Source: Bacilli bacterium (GTDB taxonomy: Bacteria > Bacillota_I > Bacilli_A > RF39 > UBA660). Taken from it: a stretch of 45,726 nt of DNA. The DNA lies in contig JAQUUG010000001.1 in NCBI GenBank assembly GCA_028693965.1, positions 1 through 45,726 on the forward strand. Reading direction: 5' to 3'. Shown piece after piece: positions 27,491-38,863 of the stretch. A program made the translations under genes and the position numbers. Position 1 is the first letter of the stretch, and each line of letters opens with the position of its first letter. The notes below the pieces were generated by a model. The model did not search any database. It was not told where the DNA came from and was given only the letters and a program-made list of their open reading frames with translations.

Positions 27491-28171
27491 ATGGGTCAAA
27501 AGGTTAGTCCAGTCGGACTTAGAATCGGAATTAATAAAGATTGGCAATCAAAATGGTTTGCTAAAAAAGATTTTTCAAAATATCTAAATAATGATATGAA
27601 AATCCGTAAATTTTTAACTAAAAAGTTAAAAGACGCCGCAGTTTCAAGTATTTTAATTGAAAGAGATACTAAAAAAACAGAAGTCATTATTAACACAGCT
27701 AAACCAGGTGTTGTTATTGGACATGGTGGCGATGAAATAGAAAAAATCAAAAAAGAATTAACTAAATTAGTTAAAGAAGATAATATTCAAATATCAATAA
27801 TGGAAGTTAAAAATCCTGATTTAGATGCGGCTTTAGTCGCTGAAAATATTGCGCATCAAATTGAAAATCGTGTTTCATTTAGAATTGCTCAAAAAAGAAC
27901 AATTAGAAACACTATGAAAGCTGGTGCAAAAGGAATTAAAACTTCCGTATCTGGTCGTTTAGGCGGTGCTGATATGGCTAGAACTGAAGGTTATACAGAA
28001 GGAACAATTCCACTTCATACTTTAAGAGCCGATGTTGATTATGCTCACAAAGAAGCAAATACAACATATGGTAAGATTGGTGTTAAAGTGTGGATTTATA
28101 AAGGAGAAATCCTTCCTGAAAACAAAAAAAGGGGAGGTAATGTAGATGGCAGTTATACCAAAAAGGACTAA
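27491..28171 (+). CDS. rpsC: 30S ribosomal protein uS3
   Basis: [13 protein letters not shown]... is a typical S3 sequence with a KH domain. Confidence 0.98.
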   Translation: MGQKVSPVGLRIGINKDWQSKWFAKKDFSKYLNNDMKIRKFLTKKLKDAAVSSILIERDTKKTEVIINTAKPGVVIGHGGDEIEKIKKELTKLVKEDNIQISIMEVKNPDLDAALVAENIAHQIENRVSFRIAQKRTIRNTMKAGAKGIKTSVSGRLGGADMARTEGYTEGTIPLHTLRADVDYAHKEANTTYGKIGVKVWIYKGEILPENKKRGGNVDGSYTKKD

Positions 28172-28574
28172 ATATCGTCGTCCACATCGTCTATCTTACG
28201 AAGGAACTGCAAGAGGTAATACAGAATTACATTTTGGTGAATATGGTTTAATGGCAATGGAAGGAACTTGGATTACAGAAAGACAAATCGAAGCTGCTCG
28301 TGTTGCTATGACTCGTTACATGAAACGTGGCGGAAAAGTATGGATTAATATTTTCCCACATCTATCATTAACAAAAATACCTTTGGAAACTCGTATGGGT
28401 AAAGGTAAAGGTCAACCAGAATTATGGGTAGCAGTTGTTAAACAAGGTAAAATTATGTTTGAAATTGCGGGAGTAGATGAAGCTACAGCACGTGAAGCGT
28501 TACGTTTAGCTATGCACAAACTTCCTATCAAATGTAAGTTTGTGAAGAAGGAAGCAGGTGTTACTAATGAATAA
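28146..28574 (+). CDS. rplP: 50S ribosomal protein uL16
   Basis: [12 protein letters not shown]... is a typical L16 sequence. It overlaps the rpsC 3' end. RBS ggaggt. Confidence 0.97.
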   Translation: MAVIPKRTKYRRPHRLSYEGTARGNTELHFGEYGLMAMEGTWITERQIEAARVAMTRYMKRGGKVWINIFPHLSLTKIPLETRMGKGKGQPELWVAVVKQGKIMFEIAGVDEATAREALRLAMHKLPIKCKFVKKEAGVTNE

Positions 28575-28761
28575 TAAAGATATTAGAGCATTAAGTAACG
28601 AAGAAATCGTTAAAAAAATTGAGCAAATGAAAGAAGAATTATTTAATTTACGTTTTAGTCAAGCAACTGGTAATCTTGAAAAACCTTCAAGAATTAAAGA
28701 ACTTAGAAAAGCAATTGCACGTATGAAAACAATTATGCGTGAACGTGAGCTAAATAAATAG
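28567..28761 (+). CDS. rpmC: 50S ribosomal protein uL29
   Basis: Typical L29 ([16 protein letters not shown]). The ATG at 28567 overlaps the rplP stop. Confidence 0.96.
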   Translation: MNNKDIRALSNEEIVKKIEQMKEELFNLRFSQATGNLEKPSRIKELRKAIARMKTIMRERELNK

Positions 28762-28771
28762 GAGGTTTAAA

Positions 28772-29029
28772 ATGGAAAAGAGAAAACAAGAATTAATAGG
28801 TAAAGTAGTAAGTAATAAAACAGATAAAACGATTACTGTTTTAGTTGAGACTTATAAAACTGACCGCATATACAAAAAACGTGTTAAATATTCTAAAAAA
28901 TATGCTGCTCATGATGAAAAAAACGAAGCTCAAATTGGCGATAAAGTAAAAATCGTTGAAACTAGACCATTATCTAAAACAAAAAGATATCGTTTAGTAA
29001 AAGTAATTGAGAAAGCAATTATATTGTAA
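28772..29029 (+). CDS. rpsQ: 30S ribosomal protein uS17
   Basis: Typical S17 sequence and operon order. Confidence 0.98.
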   Translation: MEKRKQELIGKVVSNKTDKTITVLVETYKTDRIYKKRVKYSKKYAAHDEKNEAQIGDKVKIVETRPLSKTKRYRLVKVIEKAIIL

Positions 29030-29057
29030 TTGCACCTATAGAAGGAGGAATTAATAT

Positions 29058-29426
29058 ATGGTTCAACAAGAAAGCCGTTTAAATGTTGCCGATAACTCAG
29101 GTGCAAAAGAAGTAAGTGTAATCAGAGTTCTTGGTGGAAGTAAGGTTAAAACTGGAAACATTGGTGATGTAATTGTTGCCACAGTAAAAAAAGCTACTCC
29201 TAATGGCACAGTAAAAAAAGGAAAAGTTATTAAAGCTGTTATTGTTAGAAGTAAGTTTGGTCTAAGACGAAAAGATGGATCTTATATTAAATTTGATGAT
29301 AATGCTTGTGTTATCATTAAAGATGATAAGAGTCCAGTTGGGACTCGTGTTTTTGGACCGGTAGCACGTGAATTACGTGATAAAAATTATATGAAAATTA
29401 TTTCACTTGCTAAAGAAGTGTTATAG
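29058..29426 (+). CDS. rplN: 50S ribosomal protein uL14
   Basis: [18 protein letters not shown]... is a typical L14 sequence. Confidence 0.98.
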   Translation: MVQQESRLNVADNSGAKEVSVIRVLGGSKVKTGNIGDVIVATVKKATPNGTVKKGKVIKAVIVRSKFGLRRKDGSYIKFDDNACVIIKDDKSPVGTRVFGPVARELRDKNYMKIISLAKEVL

Positions 29427-29443
29427 AGTTTGGAGGGTGAAAC

Positions 29444-29752
29444 ATGAACTTTAAAACAGGAGATAAAGTAGCTGTTATTGCTGGTGCTGATCGTGGCAAA
29501 GAAGGAAAAATTACTAAAGTACTAAGAGCAGAAAATAAAGTTATCGTTGAAGGCGTACATATGATTAAAAAACATATTAAACCAAACGGACAAAGTGCTG
29601 GAAGTATTACTGAAATGGAAGCTCCAATTAACGCTTCTAACGTAATGATAATTGATCCTAAAACGAAAAAGAAGGCAAGAATAGGTCACATAATAGATAA
29701 AAATGGTAAAAAAATTAGAATTTCTAAAAAATCTAATGAAAAACTTGATTAG
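29444..29752 (+). CDS. rplX: 50S ribosomal protein uL24
   Basis: A KOW-motif L24 sequence and operon order. Confidence 0.97.
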   Translation: MNFKTGDKVAVIAGADRGKEGKITKVLRAENKVIVEGVHMIKKHIKPNGQSAGSITEMEAPINASNVMIIDPKTKKKARIGHIIDKNGKKIRISKKSNEKLD

Positions 29753-29769
29753 TTGGAAGGAGGGTATGT

Positions 29770-30312
29770 ATGAACCGTCTACAAGAAAAATATAACAATG
29801 AAATCATACCTAGTTTAAGAGAAAAATATGGTTATAAATCAGTTATGGAAACACCAAAAATTGATAAGATAGTTATTAATATGGGTGTTGGTGATGGTGC
29901 TGGTAATAGTAAATTATTAGAAGCAGCAGTAGCTGATTTAACCCTTATAGCTGGGCAAAAACCAGTTATAACAAAAGCTAAAAAAGCAATTGCAGGCTTT
30001 AAAATTAGAGAAGGTCAAGCAATTGGTTGTAAAGTAACTTTAAGAGGAGCTAAAATGTATAACTTTTTAGACAAACTTGTTAGTATTACTTTACCACGTG
30101 TTAGAGATTTTAGAGGAATTTCTACTAAAGCTTTTGATGGACGTGGGAACTATACATTAGGACTTAATGAACAACTTATTTTCTCTGAAATAGAATATGA
30201 TAATGTTGTTAAAGTGCGTGGTATGGATATTGTTTTTGTTACAACAGCAAATACAAATGATGAAGCACTTGATCTCTTAAAAGGCTTTGGAATGCCATTT
30301 AAGAAGAACTAA
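29770..30312 (+). CDS. rplE: 50S ribosomal protein uL5
   Basis: Typical L5 sequence. Confidence 0.98.
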   Translation: MNRLQEKYNNEIIPSLREKYGYKSVMETPKIDKIVINMGVGDGAGNSKLLEAAVADLTLIAGQKPVITKAKKAIAGFKIREGQAIGCKVTLRGAKMYNFLDKLVSITLPRVRDFRGISTKAFDGRGNYTLGLNEQLIFSEIEYDNVVKVRGMDIVFVTTANTNDEALDLLKGFGMPFKKN

Positions 30313-30328
30313 TGATTAGGAGGATATT

Positions 30329-30514
30329 ATGGCTAAGAAAAGCATGATTGTAAAAGCTAGTCGCGCGCCAAAATTCAAAGTGCGTGAATATACCCGTTGC
30401 AATAGATGTGGTAGACCACACGCTGTACTTAAAAAATATGGCATTTGCCGTATTTGTTTTAGGGAACTAGCTTATAAAGGACAAATACCAGGAATTAGAA
30501 AATCAAGCTGGTAA
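30329..30514 (+). CDS. rpsN: 30S ribosomal protein uS14, zinc-binding type Z (61 aa)
   Basis: [23 protein letters not shown] carries CxxC...CxxC. Confidence 0.97.
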   Translation: MAKKSMIVKASRAPKFKVREYTRCNRCGRPHAVLKKYGICRICFRELAYKGQIPGIRKSSW

Positions 30515-30532
30515 TCTGAAGGGAGGATATAT

Positions 30533-30931
30533 ATGGGAATGACTGATCCAATCGCTGATATGCTTACAAGAATGCGTAATGCTAATCAAATGCGATATAA
30601 AGAAGTTGAAATACCTGCTTCAAAAATTAAATTAGAAATTGCAAGAATATTAAAAGATGAAGGTTTCATTAATGATTATAAAGTTAAGAAAAATGAAGTT
30701 CAAAATGTTCTTGTTGTTAATTTAAAATATGGTGATAAAAAAGAAAGAGTAATTACTGGTCTTAAGAGAATATCAAAACCAGGATTACGAGTTTATGCTA
30801 ATCACGAAGAGCTACCTAAAGTATTAAATGGTCTTGGTATAGCTATCGTTTCAACATCAAAAGGTGTTATGACTGATAAAGAAGCAAGAAAAGATAATCT
30901 TGGTGGCGAAGTATTAGCTTATATTTGGTAG
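30533..30931 (+). CDS. rpsH: 30S ribosomal protein uS8
   Basis: [14 protein letters not shown]... is a typical S8 sequence. Confidence 0.98.
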   Translation: MGMTDPIADMLTRMRNANQMRYKEVEIPASKIKLEIARILKDEGFINDYKVKKNEVQNVLVVNLKYGDKKERVITGLKRISKPGLRVYANHEELPKVLNGLGIAIVSTSKGVMTDKEARKDNLGGEVLAYIW

Positions 30932-30950
30932 AAAGTAAGGAGGAAATTTA

Positions 30951-31481
30951 ATGAGTCGTATTGGTAATAGAATACTATCAATACCTGAAAATGTTACAGT
31001 ATCAGTTAATGGTAATGTTATTAATGTTAAAGGACCAAAAGGTGAACTTTCTACTAATGTAAACAGAAATGTTACAGTAGAAGTTATTGAAAACACTGTA
31101 AAAACAACGGTTAAAAATGGTTTATACAGTAATTTTCATGGAACTGCTAATGCTAATATTAATAATATGTTAATTGGTGTAACAAAAGGTTTTGATAAAA
31201 AACTAGAAGCAATTGGAGTAGGATATCGTTTTACACTTAAAGGTGAAACTTTAGTAGTAAGTGCAGGTTATTCTAAACCAGTTGAAGTAAAAGTACCAGC
31301 AAACTTAACTGTAGAAGTACCAAGTAATACAGAGTGTGTTATTAAAGGTATTGATAAATGTGCTGTTGGTGAATTTGCTGCAAATATTAGAAAAATAAGA
31401 CAACCCGAACCATATAAAGGTAAAGGAATTCGTTATAGTGACGAAGTTGTTATTCGTAAAGAAGGAAAAAAAGCTAAGTAA
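30951..31481 (+). CDS. rplF: 50S ribosomal protein uL6
   Basis: MSRIGNR... is a typical L6 sequence. Confidence 0.98.
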   Translation: MSRIGNRILSIPENVTVSVNGNVINVKGPKGELSTNVNRNVTVEVIENTVKTTVKNGLYSNFHGTANANINNMLIGVTKGFDKKLEAIGVGYRFTLKGETLVVSAGYSKPVEVKVPANLTVEVPSNTECVIKGIDKCAVGEFAANIRKIRQPEPYKGKGIRYSDEVVIRKEGKKAK

Positions 31482-31509
31482 TCTTAAATAGTAAAGGAGA
31501 TAAATACTT

Positions 31510-31872
31510 ATGATTAAAAAAGTATCTCGTAATAAAACACGTCTTGCTCGTCATGCACGTGTTAGAGAAAAAATTGTTGGTACAAAAAACGTTCCTAGAT
31601 TAAACGTATTTAGATCTAATGGAAATATTTTTGCACAAATTATTGATGATGAAGCTATGGTTACTTTAGTTAGTGCTTCTTCTATTGACAAGGAATTAAA
31701 ACTTGCAAATGGTAGTAATACAGAAGCTGCTACCAAAGTAGGAGAACTACTTGCAAAAAGAGCTATTGCTAAAAAAATCAAAGAAGTAAAATTTGATAGA
31801 GGTGGATACCTATATCACGGTCGTGTTAAAGCTTTAGCCGAAGCTGCACGTGCCAACGGATTAGAATTCTAA
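31510..31872 (+). CDS. rplR: 50S ribosomal protein uL18
   Basis: Typical L18 sequence ([18 protein letters not shown]). Confidence 0.98.
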   Translation: MIKKVSRNKTRLARHARVREKIVGTKNVPRLNVFRSNGNIFAQIIDDEAMVTLVSASSIDKELKLANGSNTEAATKVGELLAKRAIAKKIKEVKFDRGGYLYHGRVKALAEAARANGLEF

Positions 31873-31885
31873 AGGAGGGTAAAAA

Positions 31886-32392
31886 ATGGAAAAACCAAGA
31901 AGAACACCACGTCCTAAACAATATGAAGAAGAAGTAATTAATATTGGTAGGGTTACTAAAGTAACTAAAGGTGGTCGTCATTTCCGTTTCTCAGCTACAG
32001 TAGTAGTAGGTGATAAAAAAGGCCGCGTTGGACTTGGAACTGGTAAGGCTAATGAAGTTCCAGATGCTATTAAAAAAGCTGTTCAAGCTGCTACTAAAAA
32101 TGTTATAAATGTATCAATCGTTGATGAAAGAACTATCCCACATGAAGCAATTGGAAGACAAGGAGCTAGCAAAGTTATGCTTAAACCTGCCTTAAAAGGT
32201 ACTGGAGTTAAAGCAGGTGGACCTGTTAGATCTGTTCTTGAAATGGCTGGAGTTAAAGATGTATTATCAAAATCACTTGGATCAAATACTAAAATAAATA
32301 CTGCACATGCTACTTTGAATGCTTTAAAAGCACAAAGAACTGTAGAAGAAGTAGCGTTGTTACGTGGTAAAAAAGTAGAGGAGATCTTATAA
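31886..32392 (+). CDS. rpsE: 30S ribosomal protein uS5
   Basis: Typical S5 sequence ([16 protein letters not shown]). Its stop overlaps the rplO ATG. Confidence 0.98.
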   Translation: MEKPRRTPRPKQYEEEVINIGRVTKVTKGGRHFRFSATVVVGDKKGRVGLGTGKANEVPDAIKKAVQAATKNVINVSIVDERTIPHEAIGRQGASKVMLKPALKGTGVKAGGPVRSVLEMAGVKDVLSKSLGSNTKINTAHATLNALKAQRTVEEVALLRGKKVEEIL

Positions 32393-32835
32393 TGAAATTA
32401 CATAGTATTGTTAAACCAGAAGGTGCTCTTAAAACTCGTAAAAGAGTTGGACGTGGAACTGGTAGTGGTTTAGGTAAAACAAGTGGTAAAGGTCATAAAG
32501 GTCAAAATGCTAGAAGTGGTGGCGGAGTAAGACCAGGTTTTGAAGGAGGACAATTACCTTTATTTAGGCGTCTTCCTAAAAGAGGATTTACAAATGCTCC
32601 ATTTAAAACAGAATATGCAGTTATTAATTTAAGTGATTTGAATCGTTTTGAAGATGGTGCTATAATAACACCAGAAATATTAAAGGAAATGGGATTAGTT
32701 AAAAATCAAAAAGACGGTATAAAAGTATTAGGAAATGGTGTTTTAGAGAAAAAAGTTACTGTTAAAGCTCATAAGTTTTCAGAAATAGCTAAAAAACAAA
32801 TAGAAAAAATAGGTGGAAAAGTAGAGGTGATCTAG
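32392..32835 (+). CDS. rplO: 50S ribosomal protein uL15
   Basis: Typical L15 sequence ([21 protein letters not shown]). Confidence 0.98.
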   Translation: MKLHSIVKPEGALKTRKRVGRGTGSGLGKTSGKGHKGQNARSGGGVRPGFEGGQLPLFRRLPKRGFTNAPFKTEYAVINLSDLNRFEDGAIITPEILKEMGLVKNQKDGIKVLGNGVLEKKVTVKAHKFSEIAKKQIEKIGGKVEVI

Positions 32836-32836
32836 A

Positions 32837-34108
32837 ATGTTTGCAACTGTTAAGCAAATATTTAATCCCAAAAATAAAGATCTACAAAAAAGAATCTTAT
32901 TTACACTAGGTATTTTATTTGTTTTCAAACTAGGTACAACAATTATTGTTCCTGGTGTAGATCAAAATAGTCTAGGTACAAATAGTTTAGGTTTCTTAGA
33001 AATGATGAATGCTATGGGTGGTGGCGCATTAGAGCAATTTTCAATTTTTGCTTTAGGGGTAATGCCTTATATTAGTGCAACAATTATTACCCAATTATTA
33101 CAAATGGATATTGTTCCTTATTTAGCAGATTTGGCTAAGCAAGGACATACTGGACGCGTTAAGATAAATCAAATTAACCGTGTTCTAGGTATTATTATGG
33201 CTTTTATTCAAGGCTATATGATGTCATTTGCATTTATTTCTGACGGAACAGTAATTCAATATATGGAATTTGCCACTGTTTTAACCGCTGGAACTTCATT
33301 CCTATTATGGCTTGGAGATCAAATTACAAGTAAAGGTATTGGTAATGGTATTTCTATGATTATCATGGCTGGTATTATTGCTAGTTTGCCAACCATGTTT
33401 GCTGATGCTTGGAGCGGTTTAGTGACAGGAGGTAGTTTAATTTCAACCTTGATTGGATTAGGATTATTTCTATTATTTGTTCTCTTATATTTTGCTATTG
33501 TCTTTGCAATAATTTATGAACAATTAGCAGAACGCCGAGTTCAAATTCAATATGCTAATCAATCAACATCAAGTTTAGGAACACAAAATTATATTCCATT
33601 TAAACTTAATTCAGCAGGAGTAGTACCAGTTATTTTTGCTTCAGCACTTATTTCCATTCCCGCATTAATCGCTACGGTGATTAAAAAAGATGGATTTACA
33701 GCTTTTGTTGAAGCTTGGTTATCTATGAATACAATGAGTGGTTTTATATTATATGTTATATTTATTATTGCTTTTGCTTATTTTTATACATATTTACAGT
33801 TAAAACCATCAGAACTGGCTGAAAATTTGCAAAAAAATGGTGGATATATTCCTGGGGTTAGACCAGGAGATGAAACTGTTAGTTATATAAATAAAATATT
33901 AAATCGTTTAACAATTGTTGGTGCTCTATCTTTAGCAGCAATAGCTGGACTTCCAATTTTATTTGGAATTGTGTCTAATTTGCCAAGTAGTGTTTCAATA
34001 GGTGGAACGGGATTATTAATTATCGTTGGAGTAGCTTTAGAGACATATAGACAGTTAGAAAGTAAAATAGTTAGTCGTAACTTTAGAAAAACAGGTCGTA
34101 GGAGATAG
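32837..34108 (+). CDS. secY: preprotein translocase subunit SecY
   Basis: A 10-TM SecY sequence in the conserved position after rplO. Confidence 0.98.
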   Translation: MFATVKQIFNPKNKDLQKRILFTLGILFVFKLGTTIIVPGVDQNSLGTNSLGFLEMMNAMGGGALEQFSIFALGVMPYISATIITQLLQMDIVPYLADLAKQGHTGRVKINQINRVLGIIMAFIQGYMMSFAFISDGTVIQYMEFATVLTAGTSFLLWLGDQITSKGIGNGISMIIMAGIIASLPTMFADAWSGLVTGGSLISTLIGLGLFLLFVLLYFAIVFAIIYEQLAERRVQIQYANQSTSSLGTQNYIPFKLNSAGVVPVIFASALISIPALIATVIKKDGFTAFVEAWLSMNTMSGFILYVIFIIAFAYFYTYLQLKPSELAENLQKNGGYIPGVRPGDETVSYINKILNRLTIVGALSLAAIAGLPILFGIVSNLPSSVSIGGTGLLIIVGVALETYRQLESKIVSRNFRKTGRRR

Positions 34109-34110
34109 AA

Positions 34111-34767
34111 ATGAAGAATATTATTTTTATTGCTCCTCCTGCTGCTGGTAAAGGGACGCAATCGCAGTTGTTAAAGAAACATTATAATTTACCTCATATT
34201 TCAACAGGTGACTTACTTAGAGAAGAAGCTATGCAAGCAACTGATTTAGGTCATAGAATAAGCAGGCTTATGAATGAAGGTAAACTAGTAAGTGATGAAA
34301 TTGTTTTAGAATTGTTTGAGAAAAGATTAAGTAATTCTGATACTGAAGTAGGATTTATATTAGATGGTTTTCCAAGAAGTTTGAAACAAGCAACTAATCT
34401 TGATAATCTTTTAGAATCATTAAATAGAAAAATAGATTATGTTATTGTTTTAGATTTGGATAAGGAAATAGCTAAAAAACGCATTGTTGGAAGACAAACA
34501 TGCTTAAAGTGCGGTCACGTATATAATCATTTATTTGATGATACTAAACCAATAAATGAAGGCATTTGCGATTTTGATGGTGATAATTTAGTGCAAAGAG
34601 ATGATGATAATGAAGATACCTTTGAAAAAAGGTATGAGACATACATTAAAGAAACTAAACCTTTAATAGAATACTATCAAGCAAAAGACTTAGTTCATCA
34701 TATTGATAGTACACAACCCAAAATGACTATTTTTAAACAAATTACTGATATTGTGGAAGGGAAGTAA
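34111..34767 (+). CDS. adk: adenylate kinase (zinc-lid type)
   Basis: P-loop APPAAGKGTQ. Lid is CLKCGH...CDFDGD (Cys3-Asp). Confidence 0.97.
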   Translation: MKNIIFIAPPAAGKGTQSQLLKKHYNLPHISTGDLLREEAMQATDLGHRISRLMNEGKLVSDEIVLELFEKRLSNSDTEVGFILDGFPRSLKQATNLDNLLESLNRKIDYVIVLDLDKEIAKKRIVGRQTCLKCGHVYNHLFDDTKPINEGICDFDGDNLVQRDDDNEDTFEKRYETYIKETKPLIEYYQAKDLVHHIDSTQPKMTIFKQITDIVEGK

Positions 34768-34773
34768 TGTCTA

Positions 34774-35520
34774 ATGATTAGCATTAAGACACCTTATGAA
34801 ATAGAATTGCTGCGCAAAGCAGGAGAAATTGTAGGAAAGACACATAATTATTTAAAGCCTTTTATTAAACCAGGTATCACTACTTTGGAACTTGATAAAC
34901 TGGCATATGATTTTATAATTAAAGAAGATGCTTATCCATCGTTTAAAGATTATAATGGTTTTCCTGCTTCCATTTGTGCATCTATTAATGAGGAAGTTGT
35001 TCATGGCATTCCAAGTAATCGCAAGTTAAAAGAAGGCGATATTATTTCAATCGATATTGGTGCTTGTTATAAAGGATATCATGGTGATTCAGCTTGGACT
35101 TATCCAGTTGGAAAAATCAGTTCTGATAAAGAAAGATTGTTAAAAGATACAGAGTCTTCGTTATTTGAAGGTTTAAAAGTGGTAAAAGCAGGCGCTAAAA
35201 TAGGTGATATTGGGTTTGCAGTTAGCAATTATGCTAGTGTTCATCATTTAGGCGTTGTTGAAGAGTTAGTAGGACATGGCGTTGGTAAAGATTTACATGA
35301 AATGCCAGATGTTCCTAATTATGGAAAAGCAAATACAGGCGTTTTATTAAAAGAAGGAATGGTAATTGCTGTTGAACCGATGCTTAATTTGGGAACAGCT
35401 GAAATATATATTCTTGATGATGATTGGACAATTGTAACTGCTGACAATTTACCATCGGCTCATTTTGAACATACAATCTTAATTACAAAAAACGGATATG
35501 AAATTTTAACAAAGAGGTGA
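34774..35520 (+). CDS. map: type I methionyl aminopeptidase
   Basis: Typical MAP1 metal-ligand context (VHGIP, DIGA, HGVG, VEPM, EHT). Confidence 0.97.
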   Translation: MISIKTPYEIELLRKAGEIVGKTHNYLKPFIKPGITTLELDKLAYDFIIKEDAYPSFKDYNGFPASICASINEEVVHGIPSNRKLKEGDIISIDIGACYKGYHGDSAWTYPVGKISSDKERLLKDTESSLFEGLKVVKAGAKIGDIGFAVSNYASVHHLGVVEELVGHGVGKDLHEMPDVPNYGKANTGVLLKEGMVIAVEPMLNLGTAEIYILDDDWTIVTADNLPSAHFEHTILITKNGYEILTKR

Positions 35521-35524
35521 TTGA

Positions 35525-35740
35525 ATGGCCAAAAATGATACAATTGAAGTAGAAGGTAAGGTACTAGAAATATTACCAGGTGGTAGTTTTAGAGTAGAAC
35601 TTATAAATAAACATACTGTAGTTGCTCACGTTTCTGGTAAAATCCGAATGAACAATATTCGCATTTTACCGGGGGATACAGTGGTTATTGAACTATCTCC
35701 TTATGATTTAACACGTGGGCGAATAACCTATAGAAAATAG
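35525..35740 (+). CDS. infA: translation initiation factor IF-1
   Basis: Typical IF-1 S1-fold sequence. Confidence 0.98.
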   Translation: MAKNDTIEVEGKVLEILPGGSFRVELINKHTVVAHVSGKIRMNNIRILPGDTVVIELSPYDLTRGRITYRK

Positions 35741-35754
35741 TAGGAGGAATTTTA

Positions 35755-35868
35755 ATGAAAATAAAACCATCAGTAAAACCAATGTGTGATAAATGTAAAA
35801 TTATTAGACGTAAGGGAAAAGTATATGTAATATGCTCTAACCCTAAACATAAACAAAGACAAGGTTAA
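35755..35868 (+). CDS. rpmJ: 50S ribosomal protein bL36 (zinc-binding form; absent from the ORF track)
   Basis: Hand translation: [40 protein letters not shown] taggagga upstream. Confidence 0.95.
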   Translation: MKIKPSVKPMCDKCKIIRRKGKVYVICSNPKHKQRQG

Positions 35869-35882
35869 TAAGGAGGTGTTTT

Positions 35883-36248
35883 ATGGCACGTATTAAAGGT
35901 GTAGATGTACCAGATAACAAAAGATCAGAAATAGCTTTAACTTATATTTATGGAATTGGTAAGAGTTTATCAAACCGTATTTTAACGGAAGCTGGCGTAG
36001 ATGTTAATAAAAAAGCTGGTGATTTAACGAATGATGAATTAGTTAAAATTCGTGATATCATGGGTAATTGTTTAACTGAAGGAGATTTACGTCGTGAAGT
36101 TAACATGAATATTAAAACCAAGATGGAAATTGGTAGTTATCAAGGATTAATGCATCGTAAAGGTTTACCAGTACGAGGACAAAGAACTAATCGTAATGCT
36201 CGTACCCGCAAAGGTAAAGGGAAAACTGTTGCTAATAAGAAAAAATAA
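35883..36248 (+). CDS. rpsM: 30S ribosomal protein uS13
   Basis: [10 protein letters not shown]... is a typical S13 sequence. Confidence 0.98.
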   Translation: MARIKGVDVPDNKRSEIALTYIYGIGKSLSNRILTEAGVDVNKKAGDLTNDELVKIRDIMGNCLTEGDLRREVNMNIKTKMEIGSYQGLMHRKGLPVRGQRTNRNARTRKGKGKTVANKKK

Positions 36249-36266
36249 TTAAAGGAGGTTACGAAA

Positions 36267-36650
36267 ATGGCTTATAAACCAAGAAAACGTAAGGTTAAGA
36301 AGAATGTACCAGAAGGACATGTATATATTAAACCAACTTTTAATAATACAACGGTTACAGTTACTGATAAAGAAGGTAATGCAATTAGTTGGTCAGCCGC
36401 TGGGGCACTCGGATTTAAAGGTAGTAAGAAATCAACTCCATTTGCAGCTGGTATGGCAGCTGAAGCTGCTGGCAAAGCCGCTTATGATATGGGAATGAGA
36501 AAAGTTGAAGTATATGTAAAAGGATTTGGTCCAGGTCGTGAAACGGCGATTCGTTCATTACAAACTGCTGGCTTAGAAATATCTTCAATATCTGATGTAA
36601 CACCGATACCGCATAACGGATGTCGTCCACCTAAACGTCCACGTGGATAA
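36267..36650 (+). CDS. rpsK: 30S ribosomal protein uS11
   Basis: Typical S11 sequence ([12 protein letters not shown]). Confidence 0.98.
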   Translation: MAYKPRKRKVKKNVPEGHVYIKPTFNNTTVTVTDKEGNAISWSAAGALGFKGSKKSTPFAAGMAAEAAGKAAYDMGMRKVEVYVKGFGPGRETAIRSLQTAGLEISSISDVTPIPHNGCRPPKRPRG

Positions 36651-36670
36651 AAGAAAGGGAGTGTGTTAAC

Positions 36671-37621
36671 GTGTTAAATTTTGTCAAACCAGTTTATAAA
36701 ATAATGGACTATATTGAGAATAATAATTTTGGTAAGTTTGAATTAGAGCCACTAGAAAGAGGTTTTGGAACTACGTTAGGTAATGCTCTTAGAAGAGTAA
36801 TGCTTTCTAGTATGCCAGGATCTGCTATTGTAGCAGTAAAAATAGATGGCGTTATGCATGAATTTCAAACTATTGAAGGTGTTTTAGAAGATGTAACAAT
36901 GATTGTTTTAAATCTAAAAGGAATTGTTATAAAAAACTATTCTGCTGATAAAAAAGTAATTAAGTTATATGCTGATAAAGAAGGTGTTGTTACTGCTAAT
37001 GATATCGTTTGTGATGCTGATGTTGAAATAATCAACAAAGATCAAGTTATTGCAACTTTGTCTAAAGGTGGTAAACTTAGTATGGAAATGATTGTTGCTA
37101 ATGGTAGAGGTTATGTACCTGGTAATGAAAATAAAAAACATATTGAGAATAATAAAATTGGTTATATTCCAATAGATGCACTTTATTCACCAATTGAACT
37201 AGTAAGTTATGAGGTTGAAAGTGCTCGTGTTGGTCAAGATGATAGTTATGATAAACTTATTTTAGAAGTTACTACTAATGGCTCAATTAGACCTGAAGAA
37301 GCAGTAGCTTTATCTTCTAAAATTTTAATTGAACATTTAAATATATTAACTAATTTAAGTGAAATAACTGATACTACAGGTATTATGATTGCAAAACAAG
37401 AAGATAGCAAACTTAAGAAATTAGAAACTTCTATTGAAGATTTAGATTTCTCAGTTCGTGCTTATAATTGTTTAAAAAGAGCTAATATTAATACTTTAGG
37501 AGATTTGGTTGAAAAATCAGAAATCGAAATGATGAAAATTCGTAATTTAGGAAAAAAATCTTTAAAAGAAGTCATTGACAAAATTAAAGAAATGGGCCTT
37601 AAGTTCCGTGAAGAAGACTAA
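36671..37621 (+). CDS. rpoA: DNA-directed RNA polymerase subunit alpha
   Basis: N-terminal PLERGFGTTLGNALRR and C-terminal HhH domain (LDFSVRAYNCLKRANINTLGDL). GTG start after an aagggag RBS. Confidence 0.97.
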   Translation: MLNFVKPVYKIMDYIENNNFGKFELEPLERGFGTTLGNALRRVMLSSMPGSAIVAVKIDGVMHEFQTIEGVLEDVTMIVLNLKGIVIKNYSADKKVIKLYADKEGVVTANDIVCDADVEIINKDQVIATLSKGGKLSMEMIVANGRGYVPGNENKKHIENNKIGYIPIDALYSPIELVSYEVESARVGQDDSYDKLILEVTTNGSIRPEEAVALSSKILIEHLNILTNLSEITDTTGIMIAKQEDSKLKKLETSIEDLDFSVRAYNCLKRANINTLGDLVEKSEIEMMKIRNLGKKSLKEVIDKIKEMGLKFREED

Positions 37622-37637
37622 TAGGTAGGAGGATATT

Positions 37638-37982
37638 ATGTATAGAAAGTTAGGTAGAACTAATAAGCATAGAAGAAGTATGCTTGCTAATTTAACTAGA
37701 GATTTAATTAACAACGAAAGAATTGAAACTACTGAAACTAGAGCTAAAGAAGTTCGTAAATTTTTAGATAAAATGATTACTTATGGTAAAAACGGTTCTT
37801 TGGTTTCAAGACGTAAAGCGATAGCTTTTTTACAAAATGATAGTGAAACAGCAAAAAAAGTATTTGATGTTCTAGCACCTAGATATGCTAAAAGAAATGG
37901 TGGATATACTAGAATACTAAAATTAAATGAACGTCGTGGAGATGACGCTTTAATGGTTATATTAGAACTAGTTGAAGAATAA
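37638..37982 (+). CDS. rplQ: 50S ribosomal protein bL17
   Basis: Typical L17 sequence ([18 protein letters not shown]). Confidence 0.98.
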   Translation: MYRKLGRTNKHRRSMLANLTRDLINNERIETTETRAKEVRKFLDKMITYGKNGSLVSRRKAIAFLQNDSETAKKVFDVLAPRYAKRNGGYTRILKLNERRGDDALMVILELVEE

Positions 37983-38015
37983 AAAAACTCTTTAAGAAAA
38001 CTTAAAGAGTTTTTT
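37983..38015 (+). terminator. intrinsic terminator of the alpha operon
   Basis: aaactctttaag (37985-37996) pairs with cttaaagagttt (38001-38012), loop aaaa, followed by a T-run. Confidence 0.8.
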
Positions 38016-38096
38016 AATAAAATATATTGAAATAATAACTAATTGCAATTGTAATATTTATAATTTCATTATATAATTATATTAGGTGGTGGATAT

Positions 38097-38849
38097 ATGA
38101 AGGCATTAATTACTGGGGCAAGCTCTGGAATAGGAGCAGATATGGCAAGAATACTTAGTTCAAAAGGATATGATTTAATACTAGTTTCTCGAAACAAGAG
38201 AAAACTAGATAAAATAAAAAAAGAATTAAAAACAGATGTTCAATTAATTACCATGGATTTAGCTTCTACTTTTAATTGTGTAAAATTATATAATAAAGTT
38301 AAGAAAGAAGACATTGATGTTGTCATAAATAATGCTGGTTTTGGTATTTTTGGTTTCTTTAGTGAAACTGATATGGATAAAGAACTTGATATGATTGATA
38401 CTAACATTAAGGCTGTTCATATATTAACTAAGTTATTTTTACAAGATTTTAAAGAAAAAAATAAGGGATATATATTAAATGTAGCATCTTCAGCTGCTTT
38501 TATGCCAGGACCTTTGATGGCAACATATTATGCGACAAAAGGATATGTGCTAAGACTTACTGAGGCAATATATGGTGAACTTAGACAAGAAGGAAGTAAT
38601 GTTTATATTGGTGCTTTGTGCCCAGGACCTGTTAATACTAATTTTAATAATGTAGCAGGCGTTAAATTTGCGGTAAAATCACTTGATAGTTATAGTGTTG
38701 CTGAGTATGCTATTAATAAAATGTTCAAAGGTAAAAATATTATTATTCCTGGTGTATTTATGAAGTTAAATATCTTTTTTACAAGATTTATACCTAGAAA
38801 AACGATGTTAAAGATAGTATATCACATTCAAAAAAAGAAGAAGATATAA
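38097..38849 (+). CDS. classical short-chain dehydrogenase/reductase (SDR)
   Basis: TGASSGIG cofactor motif, NNAG, and a catalytic S...YxxxK (YYATK). Confidence 0.85.
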   Translation: MKALITGASSGIGADMARILSSKGYDLILVSRNKRKLDKIKKELKTDVQLITMDLASTFNCVKLYNKVKKEDIDVVINNAGFGIFGFFSETDMDKELDMIDTNIKAVHILTKLFLQDFKEKNKGYILNVASSAAFMPGPLMATYYATKGYVLRLTEAIYGELRQEGSNVYIGALCPGPVNTNFNNVAGVKFAVKSLDSYSVAEYAINKMFKGKNIIIPGVFMKLNIFFTRFIPRKTMLKIVYHIQKKKKI

Positions 38850-38863
38850 TTTATAAGATATTG

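Noticed and set aside
29355-29375. A parS-like sequence (gtagcacgtgaattac), and other CACGTG cores at 30095, 31553, 31848, 35711 and 36640. I checked because parA-parB are in the window.
   Set aside because: Only the central CACGTGAA matches the TGTTNCACGTGAAACA consensus. Both flanks mismatch, so no convincing parS site is visible in this window.
36272-36630. Three overlapping ORFs (two on minus, one on +) inside rpsK.
   Set aside because: rpsK is unambiguous. The extra frames stay open only because this segment is locally GC-richer and therefore poor in stop codons.
36638-36648. A DnaA-box-like cgtggataa at the rpsK 3' end.
   Set aside because: It is a single 8/9 match inside coding sequence with no cluster and no AT-rich unwinding context. 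It is not an origin.
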